This document shows positions 10,601 to 17,899 of a stretch of DNA of 64,000 nt, in pieces. The stretch comes from a virus (Duplodnaviria; Caudoviricetes). Below the pieces are notes generated by a model, which did not search any database, was not told the origin of the DNA, and saw only the letters and a program-made list of their open reading frames with translations. The position numbers were made by a program, and so were the translations under genes. The DNA is taken from the IMG/VR virus record IMGVR_UViG_3300029319_000001; one strand, given 5' to 3'. How positions within the stretch are numbered: position 1 is the stretch's first letter; each line of letters starts with the position of its first letter.

Positions 10601-12569
10601 AACATTTGCTACTAAGATTTACGATAAGATCAGTGATGTTTCTGCTGCTACACATGGTAGAAAAGAATCATTAACTTTATCATACACACCACCACATACA
10701 ATCAATTCAAACTTAAAGATTCTTACTGCTGAAGAAGATAGTTTGATTACAGTTCATGCTACAAACCAGAACCCAGATGTCACTGCAGCATTATCTGTTG
10801 GTATATCATCTGGAGGGATACCAGAGTTCAAAGAGTCAGATTATGTTGCTTTTGGTCTTAGACTAGCACCATTACAGGATGTTCAGATCGACAACCTCGC
10901 TCTTTCTAATGGACAGAGTTTAATTGTTCGTGGTTCTAAACCTAACTTAACCTTTGTTGCTCACTCAATCCCACAGGATCCAGGACCTTCTGGTATAGGA
11001 TCTAACCTTAATGTAAACACCACTGGTATCATTACTGCTCAAGCATTTGCTGGAGATGGATCAGGATTGACTGGTGTTACTGCTGTTGGATCTGGTGTTA
11101 ATGTTGAGGATGGTGGTACTATTGTTGGTACTGCTGCCACAATTAACTTTGGAACTAACATTACTGCGACTGTTAATAATGGTGTTGCATTAATAGAAGG
11201 ATCAGATACTGTAGGTGTTGCCCAGACTGCAAACAGTCTTGCCGATGGAGTTTCTGTTGAAAGAGCAACCTATGCTGACTATGCTACTGTTGCTGGTATT
11301 GCTACCGTTGCTACTACTGCAACCAATGCAACGACTGCAGACAATGCGACTACTGCTGCTACAGCAAGTCAACTAGATTCTTCAGCAACAATCAATGTTA
11401 TTAATAATATAACTGCACCAAAATTCATTGGTGATGGATCAGAATTAACTAACATTGTTGCTGCTGGTAGTGGTGTTATTGTTAACGATAGTGGATCTTT
11501 AGTTGGTACTGCTGGTACAATTAACTTTGATGCTGGTATTGATGTATCACCTATCTCAGCTGGTATTGTTACTGCTACCATTGTTGAAGCACCTCGTGCT
11601 GCTCTTGCAGGTATTGCATCTGAAGCAATCGTTGCTGGTATTGCAACCTATGCAACTCTTGCAGGTCTTGCATCTCAGGCAACCAATGCTACCTTTGCAT
11701 CTGCTGCTAGTTTCTCTACCTTAACTGGTGCTGCAGATACATCCAAGAATCTTTACACTGAGCATACTAATCCATTCAAACCATTACCTGTTACTATTGG
11801 TACTAAGACTTCAGAACATAGGTACATTGGTATTGGATCTGATAAGTGTATTAATGTTCAAGGTTATGAATCACCTTACTTAAGATTTGAGGTAGGTCAG
11901 ACTTATAGATTTGAGAATGCTGCACAGCAAGCTAACTATCCAATCAGGATGTACTATCATCCTTCTGGTGTCACCTCAGTTGGTATAGGTACTACTAACC
12001 CAGCTGAAATGACTCAGGGTGTTACATTTACTGGTTCATATACAGAAGTTGCAGTTGATGAAACAACTCCAGAAATATTCTACTATGGAGCAGGTGTTGG
12101 CACAGAGTATGGTTCTATGGGTAACTCTGTTCAGGTATTCAATCCTGAAATGCAGAGAGTTGCTAAGGTTGGTGAGTTTAAAGATAGATCAGGACTTAAG
12201 ACTTGTACTTACACTCAAATGTTTGAGGGTCGTGCTACCTCTTGGTACTTGAATACAAACTTAGGTGTTGGTAACAGTGACTATACACCTGGTGATAGAT
12301 CACACAATATAAGTTCTATCGAACAACAAGCTACTGGTGTTTACAAAGTTAACTTTGCTGATGCTATGGCAGACACTAACTATGCAGTCATAGGAATTGC
12401 CTCTGGTACTAATGCATATCCAGGTGGTATTGTTAATTTAAGGATTAGTGACAGAACAGTTGATCATTTCATAGTTAGAGTGTATAATGGAATACCTGCG
12501 TTAGAGGACTTAGGAGAACTTGACATCTGTACATTCGGTGGACAGGACGGAGAACCAACCTACATCTAA
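7653..12569 (+). CDS. Subtilisin (S8) peptidase fused to a repeat-rich fibre-like virion protein
   Basis: Triad motifs IHDSG, GHGTACAG, FSGTSAAAP plus SAAGN; two ~120-aa Fn3-like repeats; GDGSGLT fibre motifs; C-terminal GVYKVNF...DTNYAV. Confidence 0.85.
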   Translation: MALKRYTLSVTSADYWDKIHGALTVDSNEDGIPDRKITCTDEKKGSPTRGTYELTEEEAAEIGRHSYVNWIELSLKDNPDSFPKPELAMPQRWDSDVKAYRDLDSPNNPPTTVGALTSAEENRTNWAVPRVGVQTAGEIYGSNVGNLAAITTNTNYTYDGRNVDLVIHDSGVLRSHPEFLNDDGTSRVSDIVLDGPYLIDPDWFNTYGYVYTREDGSTGIATANAIAWWEDNNARSTSKGLLPTINIPSNYTCDRAVGVGTTGGNSLTSGHGTACAGMAAGKNMGMAFKANIWNMPAISDNVGMDIETSYDLIKFFHQHKPVNPVLGVKLPTVVNGSWGYQAATNASATLSWKFKNNTGTIVMPVSSSSDPVDVSDMIYGFNNQVLGAYKSWTSSARNNASDTAGKEMMDAGVIYISAAGNNNQRIGAGFTDVHRTDSLTDAYFGSNDGRAEFGGTRTPCGSRDWMNPSGIGFNSTTGYHPVINVGAMDDFIESDLKERKATYSNSGPGIDIYAPADETLAPGLHNVSNYRDYPRFDNSGFFDCKFSGTSAAAPVVAGLVALYAQRNPTATPTEAKNWVTGFTTSSALSESGSKILGNDLFFDQHPDIDTAAFWSGQFNQRTEDGNGNVNVTFIDVNSGISTELAGINEPSILSPVNNATGVNTEGLLLRSSAYTAIGGTTVSGTLKAVEFQLSKDVDFSYIDFQSTTNNVGLEQTTTGTLAGFTTYYARVRHVSNSDGTAFTQYYSNYSAGIVSFATLGNAPGVQTPFIVGPVNASTVGQRFGIVLTSSSYIAIDGEAVSGTLKGVEFEVSTDITFADPSQVVYSSIGSNLTSLTQTINTGLAAATTFYVRLRHVSNADGSMGQSYASPFSVVTSFQTPDPFQARVGRLASVRTTLTKGVVEPTLLFESEDLLEVSVAVANQNDFKSTFSIGISSTPGFKSSDYIAYGIELDRGGTRLIEKVGIKPGDKIFVSSFDPNVSFLTFATKIYDKISDVSAATHGRKESLTLSYTPPHTINSNLKILTAEEDSLITVHATNQNPDVTAALSVGISSGGIPEFKESDYVAFGLRLAPLQDVQIDNLALSNGQSLIVRGSKPNLTFVAHSIPQDPGPSGIGSNLNVNTTGIITAQAFAGDGSGLTGVTAVGSGVNVEDGGTIVGTAATINFGTNITATVNNGVALIEGSDTVGVAQTANSLADGVSVERATYADYATVAGIATVATTATNATTADNATTAATASQLDSSATINVINNITAPKFIGDGSELTNIVAAGSGVIVNDSGSLVGTAGTINFDAGIDVSPISAGIVTATIVEAPRAALAGIASEAIVAGIATYATLAGLASQATNATFASAASFSTLTGAADTSKNLYTEHTNPFKPLPVTIGTKTSEHRYIGIGSDKCINVQGYESPYLRFEVGQTYRFENAAQQANYPIRMYYHPSGVTSVGIGTTNPAEMTQGVTFTGSYTEVAVDETTPEIFYYGAGVGTEYGSMGNSVQVFNPEMQRVAKVGEFKDRSGLKTCTYTQMFEGRATSWYLNTNLGVGNSDYTPGDRSHNISSIEQQATGVYKVNFADAMADTNYAVIGIASGTNAYPGGIVNLRISDRTVDHFIVRVYNGIPALEDLGELDICTFGGQDGEPTYI

Positions 12570-13113
12570 AAAAATAGTACATAATAAGGTTGATGTTAAA
12601 GTGTCAACCTTTGAAGTGTATGGTGGAGACCCTAAACTCAATGCATATTTAAAAGATATTATATTAGAGAAGAGAGATAAAGATCCAGAAATCATAGACT
12701 CATATGAAACTGCAGGTCATTCTGTTAAGTGTTGGGTGACCAAGTGGGATACATTGGAAACTGATGATAGGTTTCAACCAGTTGCCGATTATGTATTACA
12801 TGTGCTAAACTATATAATGGACAATGTTTTCCATACACACGCTGACTTTAAAGTAGTATCTTTATGGGCAGTAGTGATGGAAGCAGGTGAACATGCTGAA
12901 CCGCATGATCATTTTACATCATCATGGTCTTGTGTTTATTATATTGATGTTGAAGAGGATGTTGCTCCAATATTCCTTGAAGACAAACAGATAAACATAG
13001 AACCAGGATTACTAGTTCTTTTTCCAGGCAATGTAGTCCATCATGTTCCTACTACTACAGGTAGGAGAATCGCAGTCGCTATGAACATTGATAAAGTATG
13101 CCCACCAAAGTAG
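12520..13113 (+). CDS. Putative 2OG-Fe(II) oxygenase (TIGR02466-like); true start may be downstream
   Basis: WAVVM..GEHAEPHDH, WSCVYY, LVLFPG...HHV, RIAVAMN. Confidence 0.75.
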   Translation: MTSVHSVDRTENQPTSKKIVHNKVDVKVSTFEVYGGDPKLNAYLKDIILEKRDKDPEIIDSYETAGHSVKCWVTKWDTLETDDRFQPVADYVLHVLNYIMDNVFHTHADFKVVSLWAVVMEAGEHAEPHDHFTSSWSCVYYIDVEEDVAPIFLEDKQINIEPGLLVLFPGNVVHHVPTTTGRRIAVAMNIDKVCPPK

Positions 13114-13655
13114 AAATTGCAAAAGTAGATGCTAAACTTCCTGTCTTCGAGACAAGTTGGACGGAGCATCTTGCTGAACATAAACAATCCATCTTAGATC
13201 ATAAAAAAGAATTTGAAAAAACTACAAAAGATAATAATGTAGGTGCTAATTGGAGATCTAATTGGAACATTCATCAAACTGATCCAAGGTTCTCTGAAAT
13301 CCAAACATTCTTTGAGAAGTTTGTTTTTAATATTGCCTCACAGTATTGGCACACCGAAGGACAATTTGATTGTGTTAATATGTGGGCTATGACATACGGA
13401 CCTAATGAAGGAACCAAGTATCATAATCACTTCCCATCAACTATGGCAGTCCTTTATTATGTTGATGTTAAAGAGGACTCTGCACCTATTTGTATAGGAG
13501 AAACATGTAGACCTGTGGAGAACGGATTAGTCATAGCATTTCCTGCAGCACTAGATCATTTTGTGCCTAGTGATCATACAGGAAATAGAATTTGTATAGC
13601 AGCAAATCTTGATCATATTTCACCATCAGTTAGAGGAATATGGAAAGCTACATAA
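13098..13655 (+). CDS. Putative 2OG-Fe(II) oxygenase, tandem paralogue
   Basis: WAMTY....T.YHNH, VLYYVDV, IAFPAALDHFV, RICIAAN. Confidence 0.75.
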   Translation: MPTKVEIAKVDAKLPVFETSWTEHLAEHKQSILDHKKEFEKTTKDNNVGANWRSNWNIHQTDPRFSEIQTFFEKFVFNIASQYWHTEGQFDCVNMWAMTYGPNEGTKYHNHFPSTMAVLYYVDVKEDSAPICIGETCRPVENGLVIAFPAALDHFVPSDHTGNRICIAANLDHISPSVRGIWKAT

Positions 13656-13677
13656 TAATTTTAGGGGTGACAATTTA

Positions 13678-13920
13678 ATGTCCTTCATCGTATATTCAAT
13701 AGATGGTTGTAAGCATTGTGAACTTGTAAAAGACTTAATGCTTCTAGCAAAACAAGAACATGTAATTTATACTTTAGATAAAGATTTTACAATAGAAGAA
13801 TTTGAATCTCAATTCAATACAAAATACTTTCCACAGGTCGTTGATCAAACCCATAACCACAAAGTTATAGGAGGTGCTAAAGAAACTGTGAGATACTTTA
13901 AGGAGAACAAACTTGTCTGA
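13678..13920 (+). CDS. nrdC: Glutaredoxin
   Basis: VYSIDGCKHC (CxxC), FPQV, IGG. Confidence 0.85.
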   Translation: MSFIVYSIDGCKHCELVKDLMLLAKQEHVIYTLDKDFTIEEFESQFNTKYFPQVVDQTHNHKVIGGAKETVRYFKENKLV

Positions 13921-14119
13921 GCAAAAAAACCTAAAAGATATTCCTCTAAATAGAGGCGTAGGAATTATGCTTGGGGGAGGCAAGAAACCACCTAAACCAA
14001 AATCGTTTCAGTATAATTTCAGTAATATGCTGCGTCTCTTTAAGAGAGAACTCCATTTTAACCTTGAATTATCTCTGGACATAAAAAAAGATATTCCTGA
14101 GGAGGTAGAAAAATGTTAG
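13913..14119 (+). CDS. Hypothetical protein
   Basis: ORF abutting neighbours. Confidence 0.5.
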   Translation: MSEQKNLKDIPLNRGVGIMLGGGKKPPKPKSFQYNFSNMLRLFKRELHFNLELSLDIKKDIPEEVEKC

Positions 14120-14361
14120 CAATATCCATTGCAGTTGCAGCATTTCTTATAGTGGGTTCACTTTTAGTCGGTTCTATGCTAGGATGGGTACTAAGAGAAT
14201 ACATGATGTATCATCATGATAGAGAACCAACTGTTCAACCTACAATGCATCCTGAGATGTTTGATGAGAATGGAAACTATAACTTGAGTGATTTAATATC
14301 ATTCAGATATGATCCAACCATCACTGAAGAGGATGACGCTGAAGGACTTGGCGAAGATTAG
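14113..14361 (+). CDS. Small membrane protein
   Basis: N-terminal hydrophobic helix, HPEMFDENG motif. Confidence 0.6.
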   Translation: MLAISIAVAAFLIVGSLLVGSMLGWVLREYMMYHHDREPTVQPTMHPEMFDENGNYNLSDLISFRYDPTITEEDDAEGLGED

Positions 14362-14378
14362 TAAACCTTGAAATTATT

Positions 14379-14831
14379 ATGGCTAAATTACCACCAAAAC
14401 CATTACAATCTGAAATTTTACAAGCAGTACACAGTGCTAAAACAAAGAAGGAAAAGATTAAAATCCTTCAAGATTATAGATCACCAGCATTAGTATCATT
14501 ATTTGTTTGGAATTTTGATGAAAGCATTGAAAGTGCTGTGCCAGAAGGAGAAGTGCCTTATACACCTAACACTTCACCAACTGTAGATAGTCAAAGTAAA
14601 CTGTCTAGTCAGTATAGAACTCTTTACAACTATGTTAAGGGTGGAAACGATGGACTTAAAAGAACTAGGAGAGAGTCTCTATTCATAGAGTTGTTGGAGT
14701 CATTACACCCTGATGAAGCAGAAGTTGTTTGTTTAGTTAAAGATAAAGATCTTAAGAAGAAATACAGGATAACCCATAACACCGTCAAGGAAGCATACCC
14801 TGATGTTGAATGGGGAAATCGTGTTAGATGA
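14379..14831 (+). CDS. Conserved T4-like phage hypothetical protein
   Basis: RRESLFIELLESLHPDEAEVV...KDK. Confidence 0.65.
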   Translation: MAKLPPKPLQSEILQAVHSAKTKKEKIKILQDYRSPALVSLFVWNFDESIESAVPEGEVPYTPNTSPTVDSQSKLSSQYRTLYNYVKGGNDGLKRTRRESLFIELLESLHPDEAEVVCLVKDKDLKKKYRITHNTVKEAYPDVEWGNRVR

Positions 14832-15595
14832 CAAGAATATTAGTTACAGGACATAAGGGATTCATAGGCAACTATGTCTTCAATCACCTTAGACATGATG
14901 CAGGTTACGGATACTTAGTTGATGGCATGGATTTTCCTGATGACATTGGGGATTTCAAGTCAGAGATTAGTATGTTTGATAAACCTTATGATTACATCAT
15001 ACATCTAGCAGCATTTGCTGCCATCAGAGAGAGTGTAGATAATCCAGATAAGTTTTGGGAAAATAATGTAGAAAAATCTAAACCTATCTTTGATTATTGT
15101 AAGAGATACAATACTAGATTACTTTATGCTAGTTCAGCACAAGTAGAAGAGTGGTGGCAAAATCCTTATGGTATTACCAAGAAAGTTAATGAACTACAAG
15201 CACCACCTAATAGTGTGGGGATGAGATTCCAGACAGTATATGGAGAAGATAGCAGACCTGATATGCTATTCAGAATGTTGCAGGATAATACAGTTAAATA
15301 CATTACCAATCATAAAAGAGATTGGATTCATGTTAAAGATGTCGCTAGAGCAATTTGTTATCTAATGTCTAGTAAATATACTGGAACTATTGACATAGGG
15401 ACAGGTGAGACTACAACTGTTAAAGAGTTAGCAGAAGCATTTGGTTATGTTGATCTACCTGTCAAAGATAGTACACCAGGCGAAAGAGACATCACATGTG
15501 CCGACACCACTGCCTTGCGTGAGTTGGGTTGGTTTCCTAGAGAAAAAGTGTTAGAATGTATTCCTGAGGGAAAACCGAACTCTTTTTTCAGATAA
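14828..15595 (+). CDS. NAD-dependent epimerase/dehydratase (SDR)
   Basis: ILVTGHKGFIG, IHLAA, YASSA, PYGITK (YxxxK), RDWIHV.DV. Confidence 0.88.
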   Translation: MTRILVTGHKGFIGNYVFNHLRHDAGYGYLVDGMDFPDDIGDFKSEISMFDKPYDYIIHLAAFAAIRESVDNPDKFWENNVEKSKPIFDYCKRYNTRLLYASSAQVEEWWQNPYGITKKVNELQAPPNSVGMRFQTVYGEDSRPDMLFRMLQDNTVKYITNHKRDWIHVKDVARAICYLMSSKYTGTIDIGTGETTTVKELAEAFGYVDLPVKDSTPGERDITCADTTALRELGWFPREKVLECIPEGKPNSFFR

Positions 15596-15638
15596 TCGGG
15601 AAAAAAATCTCCGCAAATTTTTTGAGCCACAGGATTTT
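15596..15638. repeat. A/T-tract intergenic element, copy 2
   Basis: TCGGGAAAAAAATCTCCGCAAATTTTTTGAGCCACAGGATTTT. Confidence 0.6.
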
Positions 15639-15643
15639 CAAAA

Positions 15644-15811
15644 ATGCTATCAGCAAAACAAAGAATGAAACTTATTGACATTTGCGTTGAAATCGTAAAT
15701 GGAAGAACAGTTACTTTAGATGATATGATCTGGGCAGAGAAATTAGCAAAATATAATAGTCACGCATATAAAATGTTAAAGGAGTCAAGAGAGAATATTA
15801 AACCCCTGTAA
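15644..15811 (+). CDS. 55-aa protein, paralogue of 23161-23463 (absent from ORF track)
   Basis: MLSAKQRMKLIDICVEIVNGRTVTLDDMIWAEKLAK versus MLSTQYRLRLEAICRSIAAGTEVPLEDMIWAEKLSK. Confidence 0.75.
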   Translation: MLSAKQRMKLIDICVEIVNGRTVTLDDMIWAEKLAKYNSHAYKMLKESRENIKPL

Positions 15812-15814
15812 ACC

Positions 15815-15861
15815 GTATCAAAATATACGAGGTTGCATTATAAATAGTTATGTGTTAGAAT
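15815..15861 (+). promoter_or_regulatory. NtcA-like box, sigma70 promoter and overlapping T4 late promoter
   Basis: GTA-TCAAAATA-TAC 15815-28; TTGCAT 15833-38, 17 nt, TAGAAT 15856-61 with TGn; TATAAATA 15839-46. Confidence 0.65.
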
Positions 15862-15871
15862 TAACATACAG

Positions 15872-16104
15872 CGTTCATCCGATGCACAACCTCGCTCTTT
15901 TGGCATTGATCCTCGCTGAACATAACGCTTCCCACTGGGAAATGTCATGTGCAGAGTGGAACCAAAACAGAATTGAGATACTTACTAATAAGAATCTTAA
16001 CTCTGATGCTCAAGAGTACCTTATAGATTACTTTAGAACAAAAGTGCCAGAAGAAAATTGTGAAGCGTTTATCATCGGACGCAAGTAAGTCGCGGAACGG
16101 AGCG
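15872..16104 (+). ncRNA. Glutamine-II (Downstream-peptide)-like riboswitch 1 with an ORF in its P2 loop
   Basis: P1 CGTTC/GAACG; P2 TCCGATG 15878-84 / CATCGGA 16073-79; CGCA 16080-83; weak 3-bp pseudoknot CGC/GCG. Confidence 0.65.
15882..16088 (+). CDS. 68-aa riboswitch-embedded protein (hydrophobic N-terminus, two Cys)
   Basis: ATG lies in the P2 5' strand and TAA just after CGCA; MHNLALLALILAE...MSC...NC...IIGRK. Confidence 0.7.
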   Translation: MHNLALLALILAEHNASHWEMSCAEWNQNRIEILTNKNLNSDAQEYLIDYFRTKVPEENCEAFIIGRK

Positions 16105-16303
16105 TTCATCCTATGTACCACATTCTGCTTAGTCTAATAGCAATAGGAGCACCACTTGATTGTGACCATGCTGCTGAACTATTAGAAGATGTAACTAACA
16201 ACCCTAATAGATCTGAGAGATTGGAACTAACAAGAGTTATAGTTGCACATACTGATCCAGCATGTTTTCCAAAGGACGCAAACGACTAAAGGAACGGGCT
16301 TTA
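16103..16303 (+). ncRNA. Glutamine-II (Downstream-peptide)-like riboswitch 2 with an ORF in its P2 loop
   Basis: CGTTCA 16103-08; P2 TCCT/AGGA; CGCA 16277-80; GAACGGG 16292-98; pseudoknot TAAAG 16287-91 / CTTTA 16299-303; directly upstream of DUF4278 gene. Confidence 0.75.
16113..16289 (+). CDS. 58-aa riboswitch-embedded protein (absent from ORF track)
   Basis: MYHILLSLIAIGAPLDCDHAAELLEDVTNNPNRSERLELTRVIVAHTDPACFPKDAND; stop codon lies in the pseudoknot strand. Confidence 0.7.
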   Translation: MYHILLSLIAIGAPLDCDHAAELLEDVTNNPNRSERLELTRVIVAHTDPACFPKDAND

Positions 16304-16329
16304 AATCCAACTACTTTAGGAGAACTTAA

Positions 16330-16455
16330 ATGGCACAAGTCACTTACCGTGGTGTTGTCTATGACACCAACAACCGCCCAAATCAAGCAAAAACACAGAA
16401 AGTTACTTTAACTTATCGTGGAATAAAGACTGAAAAGGATCTTACTACTGCTTAA
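16330..16455 (+). CDS. DUF4278-family peptide, 41 aa (absent from ORF track)
   Basis: MAQVTYRGVVYD...LTYRGI has two YRG motifs; SD AGGAG 16318-22. Confidence 0.85.
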   Translation: MAQVTYRGVVYDTNNRPNQAKTQKVTLTYRGIKTEKDLTTA

Positions 16456-16478
16456 TCTGGACATCTTACACATTGATC

Positions 16479-16508
16479 AAAAAGAGGGTTACAGAAACCC
16501 TCTTTTTT
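16479..16508 (+). terminator. Intrinsic terminator, bidirectional-type
   Basis: AAAAAGAGGGTT-acaga-AACCCTCTTTTTT. Confidence 0.85.
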
Positions 16509-16527
16509 ATAAATTATATTAAAAGCT

Positions 16528-16692
16528 ATGGATCGCCAAGTTTTAAAAGGCATGGTTTTAATGCTCAAACAAGTTGTAACAGAATTGGAAGCAGAGGTTT
16601 TTTCTGATAAAGAAGCGTATGTTCCAAAACAACCAGCAACAATGAAACAAGATTATGAACTCTACGATGATGACGATGGATACTCAGATTAG
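16528..16692 (+). CDS. 54-aa acidic hypothetical protein
   Basis: MDRQVLKGMVLMLKQVVTELEAEVFSD...YDDDDGYSD. Confidence 0.65.
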   Translation: MDRQVLKGMVLMLKQVVTELEAEVFSDKEAYVPKQPATMKQDYELYDDDDGYSD

Positions 16693-16870
16693 AGAGAAAA
16701 CTCTAAAACTGCTTTTAAAGAATTTTGGCAATACTCATACAAATCGTTCGATTTACGAATGTGCCGATGATTGGTGTTCCAAGCAACCAACAACCAAAGG
16801 ACTAGTAGCATATTTTAATGCATACTACGGAAAACATGAAGGACAAGAAAGCAGCAAAAAAATTGATTAA
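16655..16870 (+). CDS. Hypothetical protein
   Basis: NRSIYECADDWCSK motif. Confidence 0.6.
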   Translation: MNSTMMTMDTQIREKTLKLLLKNFGNTHTNRSIYECADDWCSKQPTTKGLVAYFNAYYGKHEGQESSKKID

Positions 16871-16982
16871 AAGAGCAAAACTCAACCGCAACTGGTATAC
16901 ACCAGAAGAGGTAAAATATGCTAAAATGATGAAAAGACAATTAGAGAAGATCGAAGTAAATCCAGAAGAACCTAGATTATGA
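16836..16982 (+). CDS. 48-aa basic hypothetical protein
   Basis: MKDKKAAKKLIKRAK...WYTPEEVKYAK. Confidence 0.65.
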   Translation: MKDKKAAKKLIKRAKLNRNWYTPEEVKYAKMMKRQLEKIEVNPEEPRL

Positions 16983-17623
16983 CTAGAGGGATTCGTTTCG
17001 TTAGTGAACCTCCAGAAACTCCTTTTGCACCATTTTGGGATTACAGCATTGCTGTGAAACCAATTATTATTAATACAGAGAATATTGCTAAAATAGTTTT
17101 AGAAAAAGAGAAAGAAATAATAGAAAAGTACTCTGGAGACGATGATGGTAACACTGGATTAGGTGCAGATAGTCTAACTGCTAGATTTAAACACTTTAAT
17201 GTGCTAAAATGGCAGGAAGTTGATATAGCACAATTACATCAAGAAATTCGTATTTTTCATGATGAATATTTTGCTCAGGTGATTGGTTCTGAACCACCAC
17301 CTCTAAAAGTCAGATGTTGGGCAAATGTAATGCGTAAAGGTCAACAGATCCAAAAGCATACACATTCCACACATCCACACTCTTATCTTGGTGGACACTT
17401 TTGTGTAACTGCCGAGAATACTTCAACTTCGTATATGCACCCATATACTCAAGAAGACTATGATGTAGAAAATAGACCTGGTGAAATTACACTATTTCCC
17501 AACTATTTGACACACCATACATCTGTTCATGAATCAGATATCCCTAGAATCAGTATTGCATTTGATCTAGTGACATACAAGAATCTTGTTCATGTAGATG
17601 ATGACAATCTTGTCATACTCTAA
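16979..17623 (+). CDS. Putative 2OG-Fe(II) oxygenase
   Basis: WANVMRKGQ.I..H.H, YLGGHFCV, LFPNYL.H, RISIAFD. Confidence 0.78.
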   Translation: MTRGIRFVSEPPETPFAPFWDYSIAVKPIIINTENIAKIVLEKEKEIIEKYSGDDDGNTGLGADSLTARFKHFNVLKWQEVDIAQLHQEIRIFHDEYFAQVIGSEPPPLKVRCWANVMRKGQQIQKHTHSTHPHSYLGGHFCVTAENTSTSYMHPYTQEDYDVENRPGEITLFPNYLTHHTSVHESDIPRISIAFDLVTYKNLVHVDDDNLVIL

Positions 17624-17646
17624 ATAACTATCCTATGTAAACTTTT

Positions 17647-17898
17647 ATGGCTACTTATCCTATTAAAAATACGAAAACTGGTGAAACGAAAGAAGTTGTG
17701 ATGAGTGTAAATGATTGGGATCAGTGGAAGATTGATAATCCTGATTGGATTCGATATTTCACCCCAGATAACTCACCAGGTGTTGGAGAAGTTGGCGAGT
17801 GGAAAGATAAACTGAGAAAGAATAAACCTGGTTGGAATGAGATCTTAGGAAGAGCTCAAAAAACAGGTCAAAATCGTCAAAAACTAACACTCGACTAA
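17647..17898 (+). CDS. Conserved hypothetical protein preceding phoH
   Basis: MATYPIKN.KTGE...WDQW..DNPDW. Confidence 0.65.
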   Translation: MATYPIKNTKTGETKEVVMSVNDWDQWKIDNPDWIRYFTPDNSPGVGEVGEWKDKLRKNKPGWNEILGRAQKTGQNRQKLTLD

Positions 17899-17899
17899 T

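Noticed and set aside
7805-12252. Several 70-100 aa antisense or off-frame ORFs inside the S8-fibre gene
   Set aside because: Expected from biased codon usage; no start signals or motifs
15852-15881. GTG-start extension of the first nested ORF given by the track
   Set aside because: Lies upstream of the predicted +1 (about 15868) and overlaps the -10 box; ATG 15882 preferred
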